DNA from: Opitutia bacterium KCR 482
Lineage (GTDB): Bacteria; Verrucomicrobiota; Verrucomicrobiia; Opitutales; Intestinicryptomonadaceae
DNA: 32,000 nucleotides
Assembly: GCA_029269845.2 (NCBI GenBank)
Contig: CP149973.1
Coordinates: 510,001 to 542,000 of the forward strand
Direction of reading: 5' to 3'
Shown here piece by piece: positions 7,974 through 16,428 of the stretch. Below the pieces are notes generated by a model. It saw nothing but the letters and a program-made list of their open reading frames with translations. It did not search any database and was not told where the DNA came from. Each line of letters starts with the position of its first letter. The first letter of the stretch is position 1. The position numbers and the translations under genes are program-made.

Positions 7974-9305
7974 CTACATCTTGGTGTTGAACAGCGACGG
8001 CAGCCACAGCGCGATTTGCGGGAATATCATAATCAGAACCAGCGCAAGCAGCATGAGACCGACGAACGGAATAATCGACGCGTAAATGTCGCGGATTGTT
8101 ATGCTCTTCGGGGACATCGCGCGCATAAGGAACAGATTGTATCCGAACGGCGGCGTGATGTACGCTATTTGGCAGGTGATTGTGTAGAGAATCCCGAACC
8201 ATATCGGGTTGAAGCCGAGCTTCATCACAAGCGGTATGTACAGCGGGGCTACGATTACGAGCATCGCGGTGTCGTCGAGGAAAATGCCGAGTATCACGAA
8301 AGACAGTTGCATGAGCAGCAGCACTTGCCACGGCGAAAGCCCCCAGTCGTTGAGGAACAAGCCTTCGAGGGCGCGAACCGCTCCGAGTCCGTCGAAGACC
8401 GCCGCAAACGCGAGAGCCGCCATCATGACCCACATGAACATCGCCGAGTTGTCGAGGGTTTCGCGCAGAATCTTCTTGAAGATTTTCCACGTCAGCCTGC
8501 GGCGGCACAACGCCACCACGAACGCCGCAAACGCGCCGAACGCCGAGCTTTCGACAAGGCTCGTAAGCCCGAAGAAGAACGATCCGATGACCGAAAATAT
8601 CAGAAGAAGCGGGATAATGCCCGCGCTCAAAACCCTGAGCTTTTCCTTCATCGAGAAGTTGCGCTCCTCCTTCGGGAGAATCGGGCCCATCTTCGGGTTA
8701 AGCCTGCACCTGATGAGAATGTAGGCGAGGAAAAGCGCTGTCATCAACAGCCCAGGTCCCACACCCGCCAGCCACAGTTGGCTTACGGGTTGGCGGGCAA
8801 TCATGCCGTAGAGGACAAGCACAATGCTCGGCGGAATCAGAATGCCGAGCGAGCTGCCCGCCTGAATGAGTCCGCTAATCATGCGCTTGTCGTAGTTGCG
8901 CTTCAAAAGTTCGGGCAGCGCGACGCTGCAACCGATTGCCATGCCCGCGACGCTCAAACCGTTCATGCACGAAATCAGAACCATCACAAGCAGAGTTCCC
9001 ACGGCAAGCCCGCCCCTGAGCGAGCCCATCCAGACGTGGAACATGTAGTACATGTCGTTTGCGATGCCCGATTCCGACAGCATGAAGCCCATGAAAACGA
9101 ACATCGGCAGCGTCAGCATGGGATACCAGTTGAATAGCTTGATTGCCGCGTTGAAACCTATCGCCGAGCTGCCGTCGCCCCAGAGGAACAACGCCGCCGC
9201 GACGCCGACAAACCCCATCGCCGCAAATACCCTTTGCCCCGTGAGCATAAGGAGCATGAGCGTGGAGAACATCAGCAGAATAATAATTTCGGGAGAGAGA
9301 CTCAT
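7974..9305 (-). CDS. TRAP transporter large permease subunit (DctM family)
   Basis: 443 aa and highly hydrophobic with multiple TM segments. The N-terminus MSLSPEIIILLMFSTLMLLMLTGQRVFAAMGFVG is typical of DctM. An 8-nt gap separates it from eutB and a 1-nt gap from dctQ. Confidence 0.9.
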   Translation of the reverse strand: MSLSPEIIILLMFSTLMLLMLTGQRVFAAMGFVGVAAALFLWGDGSSAIGFNAAIKLFNWYPMLTLPMFVFMGFMLSESGIANDMYYMFHVWMGSLRGGLAVGTLLVMVLISCMNGLSVAGMAIGCSVALPELLKRNYDKRMISGLIQAGSSLGILIPPSIVLVLYGMIARQPVSQLWLAGVGPGLLMTALFLAYILIRCRLNPKMGPILPKEERNFSMKEKLRVLSAGIIPLLLIFSVIGSFFFGLTSLVESSAFGAFAAFVVALCRRRLTWKIFKKILRETLDNSAMFMWVMMAALAFAAVFDGLGAVRALEGLFLNDWGLSPWQVLLLMQLSFVILGIFLDDTAMLVIVAPLYIPLVMKLGFNPIWFGILYTITCQIAYITPPFGYNLFLMRAMSPKSITIRDIYASIIPFVGLMLLALVLIMIFPQIALWLPSLFNTKM

Positions 9306-9306
9306 A

Positions 9307-9903
9307 TCAATACTTCCTTCCTATTGCCCTGCAAAAATCCTTCAAAAGCTCGGCTACGGCTTGCAGGAACATCAACGCCATACCCGCGGTCATGACAATC
9401 TTGATTGGAGCCATCGGCGGCTTCCAAACGCTGTGGTTGCGCTGGTCGAATTCGAGCGCGAACGCCGAACTGTCCCAGCCGCCCTTCACCATTATGTAGA
9501 GGTAGAACAGCAGGAAAAACACGGTGAAGACGTCCACGATTGCCTTTGTGCGCGGCTTCCACCGCTCGTACAAAAAGTCCATGCGGACGTGTATTCCGTG
9601 TTTGAGGCTGCTTGCGCCACCCAAAATATAATATGCCGCCATCGTAAACTGCGACATCTCCATTACCCATATCACGGGGTGGTGCATTGCGTTGGTGATA
9701 ATGGAATATAAAAGTATGCCCATCATCGCCAAAAGCAGGTACATCGCGCCCTCGCCGACGAACTCGCTGAATTTTCCGACCGAACGAATGTAAAGGCGGA
9801 TAAGCTTCATCATGGGAGCGCCCGTGTTTTCCTTTACCTTCTTCCAGTCCACGGTTTCAAGCCAGTCGTCGAAATCGTCGAATCTCGTTCTTCTGATAAT
9901 CAT
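9307..9903 (-). CDS. TRAP transporter small permease subunit (DctQ family)
   Basis: 198 aa with four predicted TM helices, lying between the P and M subunits. The first 30 residues (MIIRRTRFDDFDDWLETVDWKKVKENTGAP) are hydrophilic. An alternative start at MMKLIRLY (about 9813) is possible. Confidence 0.8.
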   Translation of the reverse strand: MIIRRTRFDDFDDWLETVDWKKVKENTGAPMMKLIRLYIRSVGKFSEFVGEGAMYLLLAMMGILLYSIITNAMHHPVIWVMEMSQFTMAAYYILGGASSLKHGIHVRMDFLYERWKPRTKAIVDVFTVFFLLFYLYIMVKGGWDSSAFALEFDQRNHSVWKPPMAPIKIVMTAGMALMFLQAVAELLKDFCRAIGRKY

Positions 9904-9934
9904 AAAGTCGGAATGTTTGTAGTTTTACGCATCG

Positions 9935-9969
9935 GGGCGCGTCCCGCCCGCTTGGGAGGGAACGCGCCC
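9935..9969 (-). promoter_or_regulatory. Intercistronic GC-rich stem-loop between the TRAP binding-protein gene and the permease genes
   Basis: GGGCGCGTCCC (9935..9945) pairs with GGGAACGCGCCC (9958..9969), giving 11 bp with one bulge and a 12-nt loop. No U-run follows on the minus strand, so it is not a classic terminator. Confidence 0.5.
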
Positions 9970-9991
9970 GACGGTTTTGAAAAAACGCGGT

Positions 9992-11074
9992 TTAGCGGTA
10001 CGGCGAGCCTGCCTTTTCCATCATCGCGTTGTAGTCCCTGAAAATCTTGACGACCTCCTTCTGGCGCGGAGTGCCCTTTGCGACTATCTCGTCCCAGAAT
10101 TTGAGCGCGCCGTCCTCGACGCTCTTCCATTCGTTTTCGGGAATCGTGGTGAGCTTGAGCTTGCCGCCGTTGACGCGCAGGTTCGCCTCGCCCGCCCAGT
10201 ACCAGTATTGGCGGTAGTAGTGCGATGAATCCATGCACAGCTTGAACAGCTCCTGCAAGTGCGGGGGCACTTTCGCCCAGGACTTGCTGTTGGCGACAAA
10301 CGAGCCAATCCACGCGCCCGAAATGTTGTTTGTGAGGAAGTATTTTGTGGCGTTCGCCCAGCCTACCGTGTACGCCTCGGTGATGCCGCACCACACGACG
10401 CCGTCAAGCTCGCCCGTGCGCAACGCCATTTCGATGTCCTCGACGGGAATTGTAATCGGGACGATTCCGAAGCGCGACAGAAACCTGCCCGCCGTCGGGA
10501 ACGTGTAGAGCTTTTTGCCCTTGATGTCGGCGAGCGAGCGAATCGGCTCTTTTGTGATGAAGTTGCAGGGATCCCACGAGCCGGAGCTTAGCCACGTTAC
10601 GTTTTTGACGTCGTTGTAGGAATCCGCCCAGATCTTGCCGAGTCCGAACTCGTTGAAGAGCGCGGGAACGTCGAGCGAATAGCGGGTCGCAAGCGGGAAG
10701 TACGCGCTGAACGGCGCGACGTCGGCGGGAGAGCCCATGGAATCGTCGTCGCTTTGCACGCAGTCGAGAGTGCCTTGTTGGAGCGCGCTGAAAAGCTCGC
10801 TCGTCGGAACGAGTTGGTCGGCGTAGTACAGCTCGATTTTCATCTCGCTGCCCGCTATTTTGTTGAAAGCGTCAACCGCGGGCTTGATTACGTGCGCCCC
10901 GAGCGCGGTGCTCGCGTATGTCTGCAACCTCCACCGAATGGGCTTTTTAGACGCGCCCATTACATACGGAGCGCCGAATGCCGCCGCCGCCCCGACTCCG
11001 AGCTTTTTGAGAAAGCTCCTCTTGTTCATACGTCCAGCGGACGCGACCGAGTTCCTTGCGATGTTTTCGTTCAT
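9992..11074 (-). CDS. TRAP transporter substrate-binding protein (DctP-type, COG4663-like) with Tat-like/Sec signal
   Basis: 360 aa. AAAGGA Shine-Dalgarno about 8 nt upstream of the ATG. Signal region ...MNKRSFLKKLGVGAAAAFGAPYVMGA. The mature part (IRWRLQTYASTALG...GELDGVVWCG...) is typical of TRAP extracytoplasmic solute receptors. Confidence 0.85.
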   Translation of the reverse strand: MNENIARNSVASAGRMNKRSFLKKLGVGAAAAFGAPYVMGASKKPIRWRLQTYASTALGAHVIKPAVDAFNKIAGSEMKIELYYADQLVPTSELFSALQQGTLDCVQSDDDSMGSPADVAPFSAYFPLATRYSLDVPALFNEFGLGKIWADSYNDVKNVTWLSSGSWDPCNFITKEPIRSLADIKGKKLYTFPTAGRFLSRFGIVPITIPVEDIEMALRTGELDGVVWCGITEAYTVGWANATKYFLTNNISGAWIGSFVANSKSWAKVPPHLQELFKLCMDSSHYYRQYWYWAGEANLRVNGGKLKLTTIPENEWKSVEDGALKFWDEIVAKGTPRQKEVVKIFRDYNAMMEKAGSPYR

Positions 11075-11103
11075 TTTATTGTCCTTTCGTTTTTAGGAGT
11101 AAA

Positions 11104-11922
11104 TTAGAAGCCTATCGACGTACCCACGCCGAACCAGATGTTGTTTTCCTTGCCCGCGACAGCCGCGTAGCCGCCGTCGGAGTCGTTATTGCACGCATAG
11201 CGCACGCCCGCGGAGAGTTTCCAGTAGTCGCTTACGGCAACCGTCGCGCCCGCCGAGAAGCCAGCGTAGGCGTAGCCGCCGACTTCGGTCATTCCGCCGA
11301 TGTAGTCGGCATATCCGCCGAACGCCGCCAAGTCTATCGTGCCCCAGTTTTCGCCGAGAACCCATTTTGTGATTGGCGCGGAATACGAAAGCCCCGCCTC
11401 TAATACAGTGCCCGAATATGTCAGGTTGTAGAAGCCGCTGACGTACGGAGACACCGCGAAATCGCCGAGAAATTCGGAAGTGTCGTAGCTGAGCGAAAGT
11501 TTAAGCTCGTTCTCGACGGTCGAACCCGACGACGGATACGTGTACGCAGTGTAGCCGAAATCTACGGTGAAGTTTTCGATTGAATACGTCGCGCCCGCGT
11601 AGAGGTCGTTCTCGCCGTATCCCGCGCCGTCGGTCGAATAGCAGCCCCACCAGCCGATGTACGCGCCGAAGCCCGCGCCGATGTCGTAGGCGATGTCCAC
11701 TTCGGGGCAAACTACCGAGCCGGCAAGCTGTTTTCCCCTGAAAATGAACTCGCTCTCGTATCCGACGGACGCGGACGCCGAGAATTTGGAAAGGACATCG
11801 CTTGCAACCTGCATGTCGGAAAGCGAATTTATTTCCTTTTCGGGTGTTGAAGCGCCGGCCGCAAATGCGGACGCGGCGGCGATTGTCAATGCGCAGGTCA
11901 ATGCTGTAATTTTGTTTGCCAT
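11104..11922 (-). CDS. Outer-membrane beta-barrel protein, TorF/Gcw_chp-type putative porin
   Basis: ORF 11104..12108 trimmed to ATG 11922 (MANKITALTCALTIAAASAFAAG, signal peptide), 272 aa. Alternating aromatic/Gly strands: SVGYESEFIFRGKQL...GAYIGWWGCYS...ENDLYAGATYS...FGYTAYTYP. C-terminal ...WFGVGTSIGF with terminal Phe. Confidence 0.7.
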   Translation of the reverse strand: MANKITALTCALTIAAASAFAAGASTPEKEINSLSDMQVASDVLSKFSASASVGYESEFIFRGKQLAGSVVCPEVDIAYDIGAGFGAYIGWWGCYSTDGAGYGENDLYAGATYSIENFTVDFGYTAYTYPSSGSTVENELKLSLSYDTSEFLGDFAVSPYVSGFYNLTYSGTVLEAGLSYSAPITKWVLGENWGTIDLAAFGGYADYIGGMTEVGGYAYAGFSAGATVAVSDYWKLSAGVRYACNNDSDGGYAAVAGKENNIWFGVGTSIGF

Positions 11923-12095
11923 AGTTTTTTCGTTTGATGTTTGTATTGCGCGTCCGCCGAGCCTCGACGAACACAAAACCCATACAGCAGAAGGCGTGCC
12001 AGTTTTTGGGACGCGCGCAAAGACGCTAAAAATCAAAAACATGGCGCGAAAACGCCGATTCGCGGCGGCATGCGGGCAAAACCGACCGCAACATT

Positions 12096-12124
12096 TTCGT
12101 ATGCGCAAACTACAAATTTGTAAA
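12096..12124 (-). promoter_or_regulatory. Candidate promoter of the porin-TRAP-eutBC operon, overlapped by a 12-bp perfect palindrome
   Basis: The minus strand reads TTTACA, 17 nt, TACGAA. The palindrome TACAAATTTGTA (12111..12122) covers the -35/spacer. It lies about 175 nt upstream of the porin ATG. Confidence 0.3.
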
Positions 12125-12176
12125 ACCGCGCCGAACCACGCCCGCGCGCCCGCGCAAAACGCAGTCGCGCGGGCGC

Positions 12177-12208
12177 AAAAAAAAGCTCCCCGAAATTTTC
12201 GGAGAGCT
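12177..12208 (-). terminator. Rho-independent terminator of the ABC exporter gene
   Basis: The minus strand reads AGCTCTCCGAAAATTTCGGGGAGCT followed by T8. It is followed by a second perfect 10-bp GC hairpin (12146..12176). Confidence 0.65.
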
Positions 12209-12278
12209 AAAAAGCGCGGAAGCCGCTCGGCTGAAATTGGAAAACGGCTTGGCGAAATTCGGAAGCCGCGCGGCTTCG

Positions 12279-14018
12279 CTATTTCGCCGCCTGCTTCTCG
12301 TAGAGCCTGCGGTATTCGGGGCAGCGGTCGATAAGCTCGGAGTGCGTGCCGTAGTCCACTATCGCGCCGTCCTTGAAAACAATTATCATGCGGACGTTGC
12401 GGATTGTGCTGAAACGGTGCGCGATGATTAGCATGGTTCTGTCGCGCATGAGGGAGTCTACCGCCTTCTGAATGAACGCCTCGCTGTTGACGTCGAGCGC
12501 GGAGGTAGCCTCGTCGAGCACGATGAACGGCGGATTTTTCAGGAACACGCGGGCGAGCGCGATGCGCTGTTTCTGCCCGCCGGAGAGCCTGTCGCCGCGC
12601 TCGCCGACGACCGTTTCGTAGCCGTCGTCGAGGCTTTCGATGAACTCGTGCGCATAGGCGGTCTTTGCGGCCGCTATGACTTCGTCGCGAGTGGCGTCGG
12701 GGCGCGCGGCGAGAATGTTGTTGTAGACAGTGTCGTTGAACAAAACGGGATACTGCGGAACGCTGCCGAGATTTTCGACGAAATCGGCGGAAGCAATGTC
12801 GCGCAAATCGACGCCGTCGATTTTCACCGAGCCTGAGACGGGATCGTACAAACGCATCGCAAGCCGCGCGAACGTGCTCTTGCCCGCGCCGCTTTCGCCG
12901 ACGAGCGCGCAGCTCGTGCCTGCGGGAATCACGATGTTCACGCCTTTGAGAACGGTCTTGTTGTTGTACGCAAATTCGACGTTTTCGAAGCGCAGTTCGC
13001 CGCGTACGCGCCCGATTTTCACGGGGTTTGCGGGTTCGGGAACGGTCGTCCGGTAGTCGAGCACGGCGGAGAGGCGTTCGACAAGCGGCATGATTTTCAC
13101 GAAGTCGGTAAACATTCGCGCTATTCTCTTAATGGGGTCGATTGTGAAATAGAGCGCGATGCCGATTGCCGAAAAGGTCGGGAAGTCGATGTCGCCGAAA
13201 TACGCGTAGACGAAAGTTATCGAAACCATCGTAGCCGCGAGGAACTCCATGAACGGCTGCTGCATAAGCTCGAACTTCGCCATTTTAAGCGAGTACCATT
13301 TGACCTCGCCGTTCATGTTGTCGAACTTTTTTATCTGCGGCTGTTGGAGGGCGAAGACCCTGACTTCGTGCGCGGCGTCGAGGTTTTCGCCGAAGAGCTG
13401 CGCCATGTCGCTTAGCTTCACCTGTGCCTTGCCCGCGTAGAGCTTCATGTTTTTGCGTATCATCTGGACGGGCAGAATGCAAAACGGCACAGCCACCAAG
13501 AACACGAGAAGAAACACAACCTGCCCTTTCGTACAGCAAAGATAAAGCAGATAGCCCAACGCGCCCACAACCTGCAAGGGCTGCCTGAATATCTCCGAGG
13601 AGAACGAAAGCAGGACATTCTGGACGGAGACGGTGTCGCTTGTAAGGCGCGTAAGGAGATCGCCCGTGGTGAACTTGTCGAAGAACGCGATTGGGTAGCT
13701 CTGGATTCTGCGGAAAATGTCGCCTTTGAGAGTCCGCAGAATTTCGAGCGACGAATAGGTCATCAAATATCCGCTGAGGTAGCCGAAGATTGCCCTCAGC
13801 GCGAAAATCGTCGGCAGCAGCATTGCGATTCCGAAAATGTACCAGAGCGACTGCTCCTCGACGGTTTTCTCCATGAAGATTTTGCGGAGAACCTTGTCGA
13901 AAATAACGGGCATGCCGAAGCCGCTGCACGCGCCGAACAACGCGCCGAAAATCACCGCCGCCACGAGCTGCGGCAGGCACGGCTTGACGTATACTTTGAA
14001 TCTGAGAAGTTTTTTCAT
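12279..14018 (-). CDS. ABC transporter, fused permease/ATPase (MsbA-like type I exporter)
   Basis: 579 aa. N-terminal six-TM domain, Walker A GESGAGKST, signature LSGGQKQR, Walker B FIVLDEATSALD, H-loop IIAHR. Confidence 0.9.
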   Translation of the reverse strand: MKKLLRFKVYVKPCLPQLVAAVIFGALFGACSGFGMPVIFDKVLRKIFMEKTVEEQSLWYIFGIAMLLPTIFALRAIFGYLSGYLMTYSSLEILRTLKGDIFRRIQSYPIAFFDKFTTGDLLTRLTSDTVSVQNVLLSFSSEIFRQPLQVVGALGYLLYLCCTKGQVVFLLVFLVAVPFCILPVQMIRKNMKLYAGKAQVKLSDMAQLFGENLDAAHEVRVFALQQPQIKKFDNMNGEVKWYSLKMAKFELMQQPFMEFLAATMVSITFVYAYFGDIDFPTFSAIGIALYFTIDPIKRIARMFTDFVKIMPLVERLSAVLDYRTTVPEPANPVKIGRVRGELRFENVEFAYNNKTVLKGVNIVIPAGTSCALVGESGAGKSTFARLAMRLYDPVSGSVKIDGVDLRDIASADFVENLGSVPQYPVLFNDTVYNNILAARPDATRDEVIAAAKTAYAHEFIESLDDGYETVVGERGDRLSGGQKQRIALARVFLKNPPFIVLDEATSALDVNSEAFIQKAVDSLMRDRTMLIIAHRFSTIRNVRMIIVFKDGAIVDYGTHSELIDRCPEYRRLYEKQAAK

Positions 14019-14214
14019 GGAAAATAAGCTTTGGATTTTTCGTAAAATCCGCCCGATTAGTCAAGTTTTTACGCATGCGCGGGCGCGGCGCACAGCCCGA
14101 ACAAAGCGATGGCGCATTCGCAAGGCGGCGCAAAAACCGCGGGACGGTTTTGAGGGGACACGGCGTAAAAATCGGCTTGAAACGGAACGCCGCTTTGCTA
14201 CGCTGTCTCGGAGT

Positions 14215-16428
14215 ATGAAAGCTTCGATGAAGTCGTCTTTGCTGGGGCTGGGGATTTCCGTTACGGTCGTCCCCGCGGTCGCCATGTTCGCCTTCATCGC
14301 GCTGATGGGCTCGGACATCGTAAAAACCGCGAACTCCGAATTCCGCGCCGCCGCCCTCGAAGCCGCGCGTCAGGCGACGGTGGACATCCGCCAAATGTGC
14401 GACGTAATCGAAATCTCCGACGACGTCGCGACGGAGGCGGCAAAAAGCATAATCTCGGAGGAAATCGGCAAGCTCGGCAAAATCTCCGTCGCAAGCAAGC
14501 CGACGTCGTTTTCGGTGTTCCCGCTGGAATCGCCCGAAGCCAAGCAGATTGTGGCGGCGCGGCTGATAAGAATGGGGAACGACGAAATCTCGCCCGACGA
14601 CTTCGACGGAAAGCTCCCCAAGCTGCTCGAATCGCTCAAAGCGCGGCTGTTTTGCGACATCTCGGTATACTCGCCGATTCCGGAGTCTGACTTTTTTGTA
14701 AACGTTGCAAGCACCCTGACCTACCCCACGGGCGAAAGCTATGCCGGCGGCACGGTGTCGCCAAAAGACGGCGGCGGGCTGGGCGCGCTGTTCGCAAAGA
14801 CGCTGGAAACAAAAAGCCCCGCGGGCGGGCTTGTAAAAATCAACTCGGAGCACTACTCGGCAAACTGCGTTCCGCTCGAACGCGACGACGGCCAAATAGG
14901 CGCGGTTGCCGTGTTCGGCTCGCCGATGCCGGCGGTGGCGGAGCTTGAAAAATACCTGCAAAACTCGAACGTGGGCGAAACCGGCTCGGTGTGGGTTATC
15001 GACATTTCGGACCCGTCGTCGCCCGCGCTCACCGTCTCGCGCGACAACTCCGCGGCGGGAAAAATCGAGGACGACCCCATCGATGCCCGCCGCGCCTTCC
15101 TGCGCCAGATTATAGAAAAGAGCCAAAACCTGCGCGACGGCGAAATAGGAGTGGAAACCGTAAACATTCCCTCGAAAGACAGGCGGCGCGACATCGTAAG
15201 GCTTGTAACCTACACAAACTACAAGCCGTGGAAGCGCATAATCGGAACTTCGCTCGACGCCGACGAATTTTCGGGCAGCGAAACCGCCCTGCTCTCGCAG
15301 ATAGACTCGTTTTCGAAAACGATAGTCTACGTCGGCGCGGTGTTCACGGTTTTGGCAATCGGGATTTCGTGGATTTTGGCGTCGCAGATGTCGAGGCCGC
15401 TGAAAATTCTGCGCCGCGTGGCGCGGCACCACTCGCGCGGGAACATGGCGGCGGCGGAGTCCGAACTTGCCGCCTACCGCGACAGGGGCGGCGCGAGAAT
15501 CGCCGAGTTCGACAGCCTGATTCTCGCAATCTACGACATGACAATCGGGCTTTCCGATTTGATAAAATCGATACGCGACGACGGCGAATACGTAGCCGAC
15601 GGCGCAGTGCAGATTTCGGAGCTTGCGCGGTCGCTCGAATCAATCTCGCATTCGGAGGTGGCGTCGATGAGGCGCGTCGCGGCGACGGGGAAATCGATTT
15701 CGTTTTCGGCGGACGCAATCAACAGGGCGGCGCGTTCGTCGGCGGCGCGGGTGCGCAAAACGCTCGACAGCAGCCGCGAAGGCGGCGACAACCTGCTGCT
15801 TCTAAAACGCAACTACGACGCGCTTTTCGCCGCGACGGAAAACGTCGCCGAAAGGCTCTCGGTAATCAACGGCAACGCCGAAAAAATCACGGCGGTGGTC
15901 ACGGCAATCGGCGAAATCAACAAGCGCACGAACCTGCTTTCGCTCAACGCCTCGATAGAGGCGGAAAAAGCGGGGGAAGTCGGGCTTGGCTTCGCGGTAG
16001 TGGCGCGGCAGATACGCAGGCTCGCCGACAAAACCTCGAAAGCGGCTTCCGACATCGAAAACGCCGTAAGGCAGATGCAGTCGGCGGTAAATTCGGGCGT
16101 GATGGAAATGGACAGGTTCGGGGCGAGCATGCGCCAGAGCCTTAAAATCATTCTGGAAACGGCGGACTCGCTTTCGAGGGTCGTGGGCGACATCGAGGGC
16201 GTCGGTCCGAAGTTCGAAAACATCGCGGGGCGCATCGCGGGCATGTCGGACAGCGCGCGCAGAATCAGCGAAACTATGACGGAGCTTTCCGCAAATTCGG
16301 AACGCATGCGCGACACCGTCTTCGAATTCAAGTCGGCGACAAGCTCGCTCGACGCCACGAGCGACTCGCTTCTCGACGAAGTTTCGCGCTTCAAAACCGC
16401 GGGGGAAGGAGGCGTTGCGCGAAAATGA
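14215..16428 (+). CDS. Methyl-accepting chemotaxis protein with periplasmic Cache-type sensor (paralog 1)
   Basis: ORF 13837..16428 trimmed to ATG 14215 (MKASMKSSLLGLGISVTVVPAVAMFAFIALMGSD), 737 aa. Domain order is TM1, Cache-like region (...GQIGAVAVFGSPMP...VGETGSVWVID...), TM2, HAMP-like linker and signalling-domain tip RTNLLSLNASIEAEKAGEVGLGFAVVARQIRRLADKT. Confidence 0.85.
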   Translation: MKASMKSSLLGLGISVTVVPAVAMFAFIALMGSDIVKTANSEFRAAALEAARQATVDIRQMCDVIEISDDVATEAAKSIISEEIGKLGKISVASKPTSFSVFPLESPEAKQIVAARLIRMGNDEISPDDFDGKLPKLLESLKARLFCDISVYSPIPESDFFVNVASTLTYPTGESYAGGTVSPKDGGGLGALFAKTLETKSPAGGLVKINSEHYSANCVPLERDDGQIGAVAVFGSPMPAVAELEKYLQNSNVGETGSVWVIDISDPSSPALTVSRDNSAAGKIEDDPIDARRAFLRQIIEKSQNLRDGEIGVETVNIPSKDRRRDIVRLVTYTNYKPWKRIIGTSLDADEFSGSETALLSQIDSFSKTIVYVGAVFTVLAIGISWILASQMSRPLKILRRVARHHSRGNMAAAESELAAYRDRGGARIAEFDSLILAIYDMTIGLSDLIKSIRDDGEYVADGAVQISELARSLESISHSEVASMRRVAATGKSISFSADAINRAARSSAARVRKTLDSSREGGDNLLLLKRNYDALFAATENVAERLSVINGNAEKITAVVTAIGEINKRTNLLSLNASIEAEKAGEVGLGFAVVARQIRRLADKTSKAASDIENAVRQMQSAVNSGVMEMDRFGASMRQSLKIILETADSLSRVVGDIEGVGPKFENIAGRIAGMSDSARRISETMTELSANSERMRDTVFEFKSATSSLDATSDSLLDEVSRFKTAGEGGVARK

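Noticed and set aside
7966-8508. A 181-codon N-terminal extension of the eutB ORF. Similar upstream extensions exist for 1323..1469, 11923..12108, 13837..14214, 20676..20717, 22534..22599, 24734..24775 and 25608..25658.
   Set aside because: The extensions overlap neighbouring genes or are compositionally aberrant. Internal Met codons give N-termini that match the known family (EutB, PanC, NadB) or a proper signal peptide.
12146-12176. Recurring GC-rich palindromic 10-mer GCGCGGGCGC or its complement in intergenic regions (12146..12176, 14077..14086, 18679..18692) as a possible REP-like element.
   Set aside because: There are only three short occurrences in very GC-rich DNA. The flanks share no extended similarity. 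I cannot show enrichment over compositional expectation without genome-wide counts.
11923-12278. Possible adenosylcobalamin riboswitch or other riboswitch in the leader of the eut-containing operon.
   Set aside because: I found no B12-box-like core or the conserved GCCACTG-type element by eye. Only short weak hairpins are present. A covariance-model scan would be needed to exclude it fully.
14140-14214. Sigma54 (GG-N10-GC) or sigma28 (TAAA-N15-GCCGATAA) promoter upstream of the first chemoreceptor gene.
   Set aside because: The closest matches (CGGAACGCCGCTTTGCT and TAAAAATCGG...GCCGCTTT) have the wrong spacing by at least one nucleotide and poor core matches.
13285-15432. Very long alternative-frame and antisense ORFs: 13285..15432 (715 aa), 5673..6758, 6625..8085, 7893..9137, 15813..16907, 21247..22572, 24773..25927 and 25728..27185.
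   Set aside because: All overlap well-supported genes on the opposite strand or in another frame. Their translations are Arg/Ala/Gly/Pro-rich with no recognisable motifs. That is the expected behaviour of stop-poor frames in GC-rich DNA.
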